Part shown: positions 12,933 to 25,418 of the stretch, piece after piece | Numbering within the stretch: the stretch's first letter is position 1 | Layout of the letters: every line of letters starts with the position of its first letter | Assembly (NCBI GenBank): GCA_951406725.2 | Contig: OX597838.1 | Location: 14,756,001 to 14,820,000 of the forward strand | Direction of reading: 5' to 3' | From: Octopus vulgaris | Lineage: Eukaryota | Length of the DNA stretch: 64,000 nucleotides | The notes under the pieces: model-generated | The model's input: only the letters and a program-made list of their open reading frames with translations | Databases searched by the model: none | What the model was told of the DNA's origin: nothing | Made by a program: the position numbers and the translations under genes

Positions 12933-13882
12933 CTCTCTCTCTCTCTTTCTTTCTCTCTCTCTCTCTCTCTGACCCCAATGTTTGTTTTGTCTGCCCCCCC
13001 CCCGTCTCATTCGATACCCTGACCCCCCCCCCCCCCCGTCTCATTCGATACCCTGACCCCAACGTTTGTTTTGTCTGTCCCCCCCCCCCGTATTGTCCCC
13101 TCTTTTTCTCAACCTTATGGTGAATAAAGAAATACTCTCTCTCTCCCCCTTTCACTCTCTCTCTCTCTCATATCACCAGGACATTACTTGTATATTCTAT
13201 CAATACATTTACAGTCAATCTGCCAAAGTTTCTTTCTGCTAATTCTCATTCTTCCACTTGATGCTGTTCTATCCTTTAAAAAAAAGTAGTTCCACTCAAG
13301 TGGTTTCTTTCCTCGATGTCTATCATACGGAGCTCTCTCCTTTCTCATTTCCCCAGATAAATATATAAAATCTGAATTCTTTCAAATCTTGCACTGTCTG
13401 TTTTATGATTCTTAGAGTAGGTTCTTGTCAGATGTTTTTCTCTCCTTTTCCTTTTGTAATTCCTAACATACTGAGTAGTTGCTTGAGGCCTGTTTTATTG
13501 TTGGTATCTTGTGACCCTGTTAAGAGTGACTTTGAATGCAAAAATAAAAGTAATAGTCTCTAGTTGATGTTGTCTGGAGTAATAACCATTATAGTTCTAC
13601 AGTAGAAGAAATGTAGACTATACAACATCCAAGAATTTTTTTTATCAGTTGTCATCACATTGTTACACAGCATCAGATCTTTTTTCCTGATCTTTTAATA
13701 TTTCATTCTGAATTGCTTTATGTTTTGAAGTGCAGCTTAACCCCTTCACGTTTAAACTGGCCATATCCGACCAAAATATTCTACCCGTGTTACGTTATGT
13801 TATGTTATGTTATGTTCAAAGTAGCCGGATCAAGCCTTTCACACCTGCCCTGCGATATCGTTAAAAAAACATACAATCATAT

Positions 13883-14289
13883 AGGCGCAGGAGTGGCTGT
13901 GTGCTAAGTAGCTTGCTTACCAACCACATGGCTCTGGGTTCAGTCCCACTGCGTGGCACCTTGGGAAAGTGTCTTCTGCTATAGCCTCGGGACAACCAAA
14001 GCCTTGTGAGTGGATTTGGTAGATGGTAACTGAAAGAAGCCCATCGTATATACATATATATATATGTGTGTGTGTGTGTCTGTGTTTGTCCCCCCACCAT
14101 CGTTTGACACCCGATGTTGGTGTGTTCACGTCCTCATAACTTAGCGGTTTGGCAAAAGCGACCGATAGAATAAGTACTGGGCTTACAAAGAACAAGCTCC
14201 TGGGGTCGATTTGTTCGACTAAAGGCGGTGCTCCAGCATGGCCGCAGTCAAATGACCGAAGCAAGCAAAAGAATAAAGGAATAAAGAAT
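13883..14289 (+). mobile_element. CORE-type SINE inserted in a piggyBac-type MITE remnant
   Basis: Family consensus. MITE sequence lies on both sides (13741-13880 and ~14290-14345). Confidence 0.8.
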
Positions 14290-14873
14290 ATCATCAAAAT
14301 CTCAAGGTCATGAAATGATAAATGATTAGTTGAAAATAATGTGATTTAAAGTAGGCATAATCTGAACAGTAAAGAGCCGAACCCAATTTGTCTGATGTAA
14401 ATCTAGTAATAGATAAAATCATGACCATTATTTGTTTATTCACAATTTGTGCTGTAAACTCTGTACTATATATCTTGTCCAATTAATATCGCAGTCAAAA
14501 AATTCATCGGTGCCCTACCTCTTGGCCGGCTGGTACAATGAAGACCTCCATCTGCAGATTAAAGCATGTCATAACTAGTTTTTACGTTGTACAAACAGTT
14601 GTTCAAAGCTGTTGCTTTGTTGGCAATCATCTAAGGAGGTCTGGTTGATTGTGTATCTGTTGTTCTTGGGGAGGAGGGGCAATCAGATATTTACCCTGGT
14701 TTGTTGCTATAGATATACGACAAACAGTTTTGTTATGAACCAACAAAGAATGCCTTTATGTGGCACAGCCTGCTGGAAATAGCAACTGAATCTTTCTGAA
14801 ATTACATCCTACTATTTTTGGAAGGGAAGGGCAACTCTAGATTGTGAAAAAGTTGCTTAAATAAGACGTAATA

Positions 14874-15283
14874 AGGCGCAGGAGTGGCTGTGTGGTAAGT
14901 AGCTTGTTTACCAACCACATGGTTCCGGATTCAGTCTCACTGCGTGGCACCTTGGGCAAGTGTCTTCTGCTATAGCCCCGGGCCGACCAATGCCTTGTGA
15001 GTGGATTTGGTAGACGGAAACTGAAAGAAGCCTGTCGTATATATGTATATATATATATATATATATGCATGTGTGTGTGTGTGTGTCTGTGTTTGTCCCC
15101 CTAACATTGCTTGACAACCAATGCTGGTGTGTTTATGTCCCCCGTTACTTAGCGGTTCGGCAAAAGAGACCGATAGAATAAGTACTGGGCTTACAAAAGA
15201 ATAAGTCCCAGGGTCGAGTTGCTCGACTAAAGGCGGTGCTCCAGCATGGCCGCAGTCAAATGACTGAAACAAGTAAAAGAGTA
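14874..15283 (+). mobile_element. tRNA-derived CORE-type SINE
   Basis: Full-length family copy. Confidence 0.85.
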
Positions 15284-15940
15284 GAGAGAGATTAATCGCC
15301 ACAGATGGATCAGAGGTGGTAATAGCTTTGCTCAACCAGGCCTGACCTGTGGTTAAACAGCAATGAAATTTCGGTAGGAAATGTTAGACTTTAGTTGTTA
15401 CTACTGGTCTCCTACATTAATAACACTAAATTGAAACCGAGGAGAGCAACATCCTTAATGGATGGCACTCGGATCACATATTTATTGCTTGCTGACAACT
15501 GAGTCACCAGCTATATTTCTACAGAGGCAGTTGCCATTCCATCTTCTCAAAGTTAGCCTCTATAAATTGTGATCTTCAGAATTTCTTCAGTCATTTCAGT
15601 GTCAACAAGATAGGTTATTTTACAAATGTGTTACATTTATAAAGTGTCCCAGTTTGGTTTGAAGTTTTTGCAACAGGAAATTATGAACGAACCAACTGTT
15701 GTTGCTAGTATTTAATTCATTTAGTTCTGTTTCTCGAGTGAAGCATATAGCTTCATAAATTATATAAAATGTATTTGGTGAGAAAATAGAACTGAGTTTA
15801 TAGATTTATACGCATGTATTTGGTGAGAAAATAGAGCTAGTTTTGTAGATTAAAATATGTATATTTTAGATATGAATATGTAACTTCAGCCAAATGTGTT
15901 GACTGCTACTCTCTTTCTTTCTCTTCTTTCTCCCCCTCCC

Positions 15941-15985
<45 letters not shown>

Positions 15986-16248
15986 GTTAAATTAGAGATA
16001 AAACCACTATTAGGCAAATCAAACAGTGAAAAACATAAACCAAAACATAGAAATAAATTAATTAATATAATATACAAAATATATAAAATATAAAATTCAA
16101 AATTAAAATTATTTAAATTTAAAGTTAAAATTTAAAAAAAAATTTTTTCATTATTAATTTACACTGTAAAATTAGATTTAATCCTAAATCTAATTTTTCC
16201 CTGTAAGTTTGGATTTACTCCCTAATATTATTATTATTATTATTATTC

Positions 16249-16290
<42 letters not shown>

Positions 16291-16580
16291 ATGTTACACA
16301 TGTATGTATAACATTCACTTTTCCGTTTTCGCATAGCACCAATGGAATTTTTCGGGACAGATGTTTTATGGGTGTTTGTTCTTCCTGTTGCCAGCCCTCA
16401 CCTCTTTCCGAGTTAGGCAAATATTTTCCGTGGCTAGGCGTCTTTTCACGGAAGATTAAATGACACTGCTGTTTGATGGTGACGCTCATTTACAATTCTC
16501 TCAGTGTGAAGACAAGGAGACACATGCACTGCTTGCACAAATACATACATGTATACATATGTATATATATATATATATAT

Positions 16581-16950
16581 AGGCGCAGGAGTGGCTGTGT
16601 GGTAAGTAGCTTGCTTACGAACCACATGGTTCTGGGTTCAGTCCCACTGCGTGGCACCTTGGGTAAGTGTCTTCTACTATAGCCTCGGGCCAACCAAAGC
16701 CTTGTGAGTGGATTTGGTAGACGGAAACTGAAAGAAGCCCGTCGTACATATGTATATATATACATGTGTCTGTGTTTGTCCCCCCAACATCGCTTGACAA
16801 CCATAACTTAGCGGTTCGGCAAAAAGAGACTGATAAAATAAGTACTAGGCTTACAAAGAATAAGTCCTGGGGTCGATTTGATCTACTAAAGGCGGTGCTC
16901 CAGCATGGCCACAGTCCCATGACTGAAACAAGTAAAAGAATAAAAGAGTA
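16581..16950 (+). mobile_element. tRNA-derived CORE-type SINE
   Basis: Family copy with a small internal deletion near 16802. Confidence 0.85.
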
Positions 16951-17797
16951 ATATATATATATATATATTAATATACACATCATCATTTAACGTCTGCTCT
17001 CCATTCTGGCATGAGTATACACACATATATAGGACAGGGTTCTTTCAGTTTCTCTCTACCAAATCCACTCCCAAGGGTTTGCTTGGCCTGAGGCTATATA
17101 TAGTATTAGGCATTTGCCCAAGGTGCCACACAGTGGGACTGAACCCTGGATCATGTGGTTGGGAAGCAGGTTTCTTAACCACACATCCTCATCAAATACA
17201 TATATGTATATATGTTTTCTCAGAAACAGAGTTAGCTATTACAAACTTCAAGAAAGTATGGAAGGTATCGAAGATGTTCCATGAGATGCTGGGGAAATAA
17301 TTACCTTGGTCCTAGAGTCTCCTGATGAAATGGGATAAGGAGCTGGAGTTTTCCTTGTCCCCCCATTTGAAAGAGGACATGTGCTGCCTAAGTCTTTTCG
17401 TGTTCACAAACATACATACAATCCATAGACTTCTTCACACGTCCCACCTACTGAATCCCATTCACAAGGTATTGGTCTCTCTTAAGCTACAGTAGAAGAC
17501 ACTTGCTTAACTCTTTGTCATTTAAACTGGCCATATCCAACCCAAATATCCTACCTATTGAATGTTCTAAGTGGCTAGATCTGGCCTTTCACACTTACCT
17601 TATAATATCACTCTAAAAATAAGCAGTCTTGTCATCGAAATCTCAAAGCTACGAGATAATCTATGATTAATTCAAAACTGTGTGAATAAATAAGCATTAC
17701 ATTTGACAGAGTAATCTGAATGCTAAGGAGTTAAGGGGTTGTGAATTGGGTTTGAACCTGGAATAATGTATTGCAAACTCATTTTCGGAACCATACA

Positions 17798-18013
17798 TTT
17801 ACTCTTTACCCTTTTTACTTGTTTCAGTCATTTTGACTGCGACCATGCTGGAGCACCGCCTTTTAGTCGAGTAAATCGACCCCAGGACCTTATTCTTTGT
17901 AAGCCTAGTACTTATTCTATCGGTCTCTTTTGCCTAACCGCTAAGTTACAGGGACGTAAACACACCAGCATCGGCTGTCAAGCAATGGTAGGGAGACAAA
18001 CACAGACACACAA

Positions 18014-18060
<47 letters not shown>

Positions 18061-18214
18061 TACGACAGGCTTCTTTCAGTTTCCGTCTACCAAATCCACT
18101 CACAAGGCATTGGTCGGCCCGAGGCTGTAGTAGAAGACACTTGCCTAAGGTGCCACGCAGTGGGACTGAACCCGGAACCATGTGGTTGGTAGACAAGCTA
18201 CTTACCACACAGCC
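17798..18214 (-). mobile_element. tRNA-derived CORE-type SINE
   Basis: Reverse complement of the family consensus. Confidence 0.85.
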
Positions 18215-19502
18215 AATCCTGCATGCATGAATGTTTTTAAACATTCTCCTCTTCGACATTCGTATATAAGTACTTTGCGTTTGCTGATACTCTACAGTGG
18301 TGAGGCCACTGCCCATATATCCTTTTCCACTTCATTAAGACTTAGTATCCATTTGTACTCAATTCAAAATACACTAAAAAAACCTGCTTTACTCCTGTTT
18401 ATATATGTATGTATATATATAAAGTGGAAGGAGAAGGAAGAAAAGTATATGTATATATAAATAATGATGATGATGATATACACACACACACACGTATATA
18501 AAAGTAGAATGAGAAGAAATATATATAGATATATATATATATATATATATATTACACACATACATAAAGGTGGAATGAGAAGAAAGATAAGTATATATAA
18601 GTGTATGGGTGTGTATACAAATACATACATGCATATATACACTTTATATACACACACACATATATTCACACCTGTATTTTAAATATGCTTACTCACACCT
18701 GTGTTTTGTGGTGCTTACATTATTTATTTGCTAATTTATTGTTTGTTCTTAGGAATTACAGGGAAACCAGAGAAGCCACTGACATTTTATATAGTCTAGA
18801 TAGACTTTTATCTGAGCCTATCTTCCCCAAACAGTTCACATTACTTCATTGGTTGCCAAACGACTTGTATAAAATCTCATTTATTCTAGTTTTTCTGTGC
18901 CAGATAACACTTGAAGGCTGTCTCTGGAGTTACATAATAACTCAAGTGACAATAAACTTAGAAGAGACATCTGAATTACATCATGAACCTGATAAAATAG
19001 TTTATACATAGCTCTCATTAAAAATCGAGCGAGTGTGACATAGCTGAGTCTAATATTATATAACTAAAGGGACATCTTTATATTTTCAAGTATTGTATTA
19101 GTTCAGACTGAGCAGTTGTTACAGAGAAAACAAACCTGTTTCTGTAAACACTAAATTAACAGTGTTATATAAAGGGAGTTTAGAGATTTTTGAAAAAGCT
19201 CTGTAGCATATGCATCCCAAATATTTTAACCATTTTATGTGCAAATTGACCACATCCAGTCTCTCGGACCTATTCTAAATTGTCACGATAAAAATAAACA
19301 GTCGTATCAAAGTTTCAAAGAGTGTGACATAGCTGAGTCTAATATTATATAACTAAAGGGACATCTTCATATTTTCAAGTATTGTATTAGTTCAGACTGA
19401 GCAGTTGTTACACAGAAAACAAACCTGTTTCTATAAACACTAAATTAACAGTGTTATATAAAAGGAGTTTAGAGATTTTTGAAAAAACTCTGTAGCATTT
19501 AA

Positions 19503-19721
19503 CCCTTTAGTATTTAAACTGGCCATATCCGGCCAAAATAGTTGATCTGTTTTATGTTCAAACTGACCAGATCCAGGCTCTCACACCTACCCTACAATGT
19601 TATTCTACATTAAGTAATTACACCATCAAGATCTTGAAGATATGAGATAATGCATGATTAATTTAAATCAATGGGAATCAATAGGCATTATGTTTGATAG
19701 AATAATCTGAACACTAAAGGG
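19503..19721. mobile_element. piggyBac-type MITE nested at a TTAA inside an older copy of the same family
   Basis: TTAA|CCCTTTAG...CTAAAGGG|TTAA. The host copy resumes with ACTGGCCATAT and ends CTAAAGGG|TTAA at 19916-19920. Confidence 0.8.
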
Positions 19722-20956
19722 TTAAACTGGCCATATGCATCCCAAATATTTTAGCCATTTTATGTGCAAATTGACCACATCCAGCCTCTCGGACCTATTC
19801 TAAATTGCCATGATAAAAATAATCAGTTGTATCAAAGTTTCAAAGTTGTGAAATAATGTATGATTAATTGAATAAATAAGCGTTGCATTTGACGGAATAA
19901 TGTGATTGCTAAAGGGTTAATGTTTTATGTAAACATAAAAATTGGTGTTCGATAAAATGAACTCTGAACTGAAATAAAGTAGTTTGGGGGTCTATGTGAT
20001 GGATAAAAGGGGAAAAAAAATGAAAAGGAAAACTCCTTGAAGGCAGTGACTGGAACAGTAAAAAAAAAAAAAAGAGAATATATATCTTTTACTCTTTTAC
20101 TTGTTTCAGTCATTTGACTGCGGCCATCCTGGAGCACCGCCTTTAATCGAGCAACTCGACCCCGGGACTTATTCTTTGTAAGCCCAGTACTTATTCTATT
20201 GGTCTCTTTTGCCGAACCACTAAGTGACTGGGGTCTGGGAAGCCAGAAGGCTGCACCAGGCCCAGTCTGATCTGGCAGTGTTTCTACGGCTGGATGCCCT
20301 TGCTAAAGCCAACCACTCCGTGAGTGTAGTGGGTGCTTTTTACGTGCCAGACTAGGCTGGCAAACGACCACGATCGGATGGTTCTTTTATGTACCACTAG
20401 CACTGGTATCACAGCTGCAATTTCCATTGATGTTGATCGATTTGGATTTTGGATTTTGAATATGTTGAATAAAATCATAATTAACTGTTCGTCCTGTATT
20501 TTGTTATACCCAAAGTAAGGAACTTTTTCGCACCCCCTTGTATCTCTTTCATCAGCCTTACTGAATATCATCAAATGTCAAACTACCACCACAAAACATT
20601 GCCTTTAATACAAACAACAAGCTGTTGTCAGCATTTCGGTATCTTCTAATTACACTTCTGTATCTGCTTTTTTGATCTGTCAGTGTACGAATCTTGTTTT
20701 CAGCAATTCTCCTACTGCTTCTAAAATCTCCCTCTTTCTCTTCCTCTCTCTCTCTCTCTCTTTTCTGAATTTGTGTTTAATCCTAGAGATTGTCCAGTTA
20801 GCATAAATAATTATCCGTTGTGGATTAATTAATCTAGACTTTGTTATAATTCTCTTCCTTATACTGTTTCTACATGGCACCTCGGGCAGTTCGCCTCCAG
20901 TCATTGCTTCAGATTAACCAGTGCATTAGTGAAAGTTTGGTTGGCAGACTCTGCAG

Positions 20957-20958
<2 letters not shown>

Positions 20959-21011
<53 letters not shown>
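20959..21011. repeat. (GT)n microsatellite
   Basis: Uninterrupted GT run. Confidence 0.95.
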
Positions 21012-21013
<2 letters not shown>

Positions 21014-21874
21014 GGGGAGAGAGAGAGCAAGAAGGGGTGCAGATTTGAGTATGGAATCCATCGTAGTAAAGGGAGGCAACTCTATGAATGTGAACATTCA
21101 ATCGATAGCTACAACTTGGTAGCTTACCAAGTGAGAGTTCTGAGGAAGGGGTGTCGATATAATTGACTACTACTACTACTACAACAACTACTACTACTAC
21201 TGCAACTGACACTTTATTTTGATTTAAAAAATAAAGTATGGTTTTAGCATCAAGATTTTTGCAGTGTTACTGACTTAACAGTTTCCTTTTAAAATATTGA
21301 CAATTATTGAATGAGAGAGCAGTGCATGCCATCAAAGTAACACTGGGGTAAGATACACGAAGCCCAGTATACCCATCATGACTACCCATATGATAAGAGT
21401 ACACCAGGCACATGCATCACAACCAACAAGATAAATAGCGCATGACCTTGCAGGTGGGGGTCCAGTTAGAATTTTCTTCAGGTTGGGTAGCCCATCTCAC
21501 TCAAAAGGTCCCTAAATAAGGGTTGTTTAAGGATATTGAACAAAACACTCATGTTTCCGAAGGTGAATTATCCAAATCCCAAATAATCCCTCTCAACACA
21601 TGGCTACGATGCTCCCCAACTACTTCTGCTCTTGATCAATGATGCAGAGATCGTCAGCCACTAAAGGACATGCTCAACTGGTTAAGGTCAAACAACTGAC
21701 AAGCAAATATATGGGATTGAACAGAATATTTGCTGTAACTCATTTTTTGATACAAAGACAAAACAATTTACATGATAATACTTCCAATCAGTTAAGATGA
21801 GAAGCCATAAAAGCCACTGCCTGGTACTGCATGAAGGCATTCTTCTTTGGTGCCATGACCAGTATTATTATTAA

Positions 21875-21919
<45 letters not shown>

Positions 21920-23193
21920 TGTTATGATAATAATAATAATAATACGCAAAATACTCTCTATGTAATCCCAAGGTTTAAAACAAACTTTTTTTTTTTAATT
22001 TATGTATTAGACATTCACTAGTACAACACCAAAAAACCCCCCAAATATATGGCACACTAGGCATAACAACAACGTGAACTTCCAACCTGTTGTCTCTTGA
22101 GGTCTCTGAGTGAAACTTGGAGCCAACTTGTACAGACATAAAGCAAAAGTCAAACATAGAATAATAATAATAATACAGAGCCATAGTTGGTAGCCGCAAT
22201 GTTATACAGACAAAATCTTTTTAATACCCAAGGGGGAAATTGCACATGGCCAGTAAGGTCTTGTGATGGTGATAGCACATCAGTGCAGGCTTAATAACTG
22301 TTCAGTTTTTTTTTTTTACAAGATTTTAGATCTGCTACTTAGATTAAATTATTTTGGTCTTATGACCCTTGTGCTTTTCTTCAGGGCTTTTAGATAATTT
22401 CGTCAATGAGAGAGAGAAGTTCAAATTTAAAATGGCTGAAATTTCGTTAGTATTGCAAGAGAAAGAAGTTTTTCTATTTCTGTTTTACATAGTCACTCAC
22501 CCTACTAGAAACAGCAGCCACGTTTCCCCAGTATCATTTACTACTTCCTTAAATAAGTAAGAAACAAATTAGATAATGAAATCCTGTATAACCCTATAAA
22601 GATGAAATTACAATGGCTACAATCCCATGGACTACATATCTGTTGAATCCGGTTTGACTGGGATTAGACTACAGATGCAACTACAGCTATCATTATATTC
22701 CATTAATTGGTATTGAGGGAGTTAACGAGACACACCTGTTTTCTGATAGATTTACTGTTGTGTAAGCATGAAAAACATGTTTCATTTACAAATGTGCTAC
22801 TAATGAGGATAGCCTTGACATGGTCACTTAACATGCTTAAAATGATAGCCATACCTGCCTCTCAAATCACATTTTACTGTCTTAACCTTTTAGTATCCAA
22901 ACCGGCCTTATCCAGCTCAAATATTCTAATATTCTATGGATTTTTTTTTTTTTTTTGTAATTCAGTCTGGCCAGGTACAGCCTCTGACACCCACTGTACA
23001 TTGGCATTCTAAAAAAAATCACAGGCGCAGGTGTGGCTGTGTAATAAGAAGCTTGCTTTCCAACCACATGGTTCCAGGTTCAGCTCCAGTGCAAGCAACC
23101 TTGGGCAAGTGTCTTCTACCGTAGCCTCAGGCTGACCAAAGCCTTATGAGTAGATTTGATAGACGGAAACTGAAAGAAGCCTATTGTGTACAC

Positions 23194-23412
23194 CAGTGGT
23201 TTTCAACCAGGGTTCTGCGGAACCTTAGGGTTCTGCCAGTACAGTCCAGGGGTTCCGCAAGAAGTTACAAAAATGCTAAAATCGACAGTAATTTTTAATT
23301 CTCCTGTGCAGATATGTGTGCATAGGACAATTAAATTATTGCACAGGGGTTCCTCGAGCCAGTGAAATGTTTTCTTGGGGTTCCGCTCCAGCAAAAAGTT
23401 TGAAAAGCACTG
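23194..23412. mobile_element. hAT-type MITE inserted in a CORE-type SINE
   Basis: TIRs CAGTGGTTTTCAA / TTGAAAAGCACTG, perfect 8-bp TSD GTGTACAC, and subterminal GGGTTC repeats. Confidence 0.88.
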
Positions 23413-23579
23413 GTGTACACACACACACACACACACACATATATAGGAGAGTCTTGTAGTTCGCTTGAAGCATTGAGTATTGTTTGTAAAGAATAAAAAG
23501 TTTTGAATGGTACAACAATGCACTATAATACAGACAAAGGGCTGAGTATACCTGTTGTAATTTAGTTATCCATAGTCTG

Positions 23580-23616
23580 ATATGATATTTCGGAATAAAA
23601 TTCCTTCTTCAGATAT
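23580..23616 (-). ncRNA. Minimal type I hammerhead ribozyme motif (Penelope-like)
   Basis: Minus strand reads AUAU-CUGAAGA-A-GGAAU(UUU)AUUCC-GAA-AUAU-C-AUAU: intact core, 5-bp stem II, palindromic stem III, AUC cleavage triplet and 4-bp stem I. Confidence 0.75.
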
Positions 23617-23963
23617 TCTGAGATGAGGTCGCTGCTAGCAGTGACTCCATCTAGGAATATTAATTAATTTTACCCTTTATTGCATTTATCCTTGCATTGT
23701 TGTAGCATATATATATCAATAATAATAAAGGGTAAAATTGATTAATTAATTAATAATTAATAATTTTACCAAGTAGTTCGGTATGTTAAAAGAACCATTT
23801 TAGGTAAACTTATACATAAAATTTTATAATTAAGAGTATAATTATAATTAGGGTTCAGCAATGAGTGGTGAAGCAAATTTTTGCTGAACCCCAATTAAAA
23901 TTATACTCATAATTATAAAATTTTATGTATGTATATATGTATATATTTATATGTGTGTGTGTA

Positions 23964-24015
<52 letters not shown>

Positions 24016-24052
24016 GTATGTATATGTATGTATGTATGTATATATGTGTGTG

Positions 24053-24091
<39 letters not shown>

Positions 24092-24220
24092 AATGAAAGA
24101 GAAGATGGAATATACGAGACTATATTATTAATCACAACAATTGTTTCGACACATCTAGCATCGACTCCTCTTGTGGGACACACAAAAAAACTGGTTCAGG
24201 AGTATCCGGTGGTGCAGACG

Positions 24221-24266
<46 letters not shown>

Positions 24267-24286
24267 TATATACGTATGTTTACATG

Positions 24287-24356
<70 letters not shown>

Positions 24357-25069
24357 TTATATATGTATGTATATACATGTTTATGTATACATGTATATAT
24401 GTATGTATATATATAAATATATATATTTGTGTGTTTGTGTCTGTTTCTCCCCCCACCCTCACTTGACAACCGATGTCGGTGTGTTTACATTCCCTGTAAC
24501 TTAGCAGTTCAGCATAAGAGACAAATAGAATAAGTACAAGGTTTGCAAAGAATAAGTCCTGTGGTCGATTTCTTTTGACTAAAAAAGCCCTTAAAAGCAG
24601 TGCTCCAGCATGGCTGCAGAAGAATAAAAAAAGCAACATTGATATCTTGAAGCTACAAGGTAATAAATGATTAATTCAAAACAATGTGAATAAATACGTA
24701 TTACATTTGACAGAATAATCTTGAATGGCAAAGGAAGGAAATGTTGAATGATGTAGCCTTAGACATACTGTCTGAATAAATAATTTTAAGAAATTAAATG
24801 GTCTCTTATGCCCTTACTTCATATAAAGATAGGGAGGTCCCCGTGGCTAAACCACTTAACTCAGCATCTACCGGATTAATATTGATTTAAGATTAAACAA
24901 TATAATTTATCTAGGACAGAATTGTCCAGTGTTGCTTTATATGTTGTTTAACCCCAGACCAAGCATAATTAAATTTACTGTGTCTGGAACACCTTTTATC
25001 ACAGTGTATCTTGGACTGAATTATCATGTCCTTTCTTGTAATGAAGCATATATATATATCTTGAGGCAA

Positions 25070-25418
25070 GTGAGAATCAAAATCGATCAACATCAATGGA
25101 AATTGTAGCTGTGATACCAGCGCCGGTGGCATGTAAGAGAACCATCCGAACGTGGCCGTTGCCAGCGCTGCCCCGACTGGCCTCCGTGCCGGTGGCACGT
25201 AAAAAGCACCATCCGATTGTGGCCGTTTGCCAGCCTCGTCTGGCACGTAAAAAGCACCCACTACACTCACAGAGTGGTTGGCGTTAGGAAGGGCATCCAG
25301 CCATAGAAACATTGCCAGATCAGACTGGGCCTGGTGCAGCCTTCTGGCTTCCCAGACCCCAGTTGAACCGTCCAACCCATGCTAGCATGCAAAGCGGACG
25401 CTAAACGATGATGATGAT
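25070..25418 (+). mobile_element. RTE-tailed retroposon
   Basis: Three GGCACGTAAAAAGCAC-type modules and a (GAT)n tail. Confidence 0.8.

Noticed and set aside
20874-21122. 82-aa ATG-initiated ORF (MAPRAVRLQ...)
   Set aside because: It runs into a (GT)n microsatellite, has no recognisable homology and no convincing donor site.
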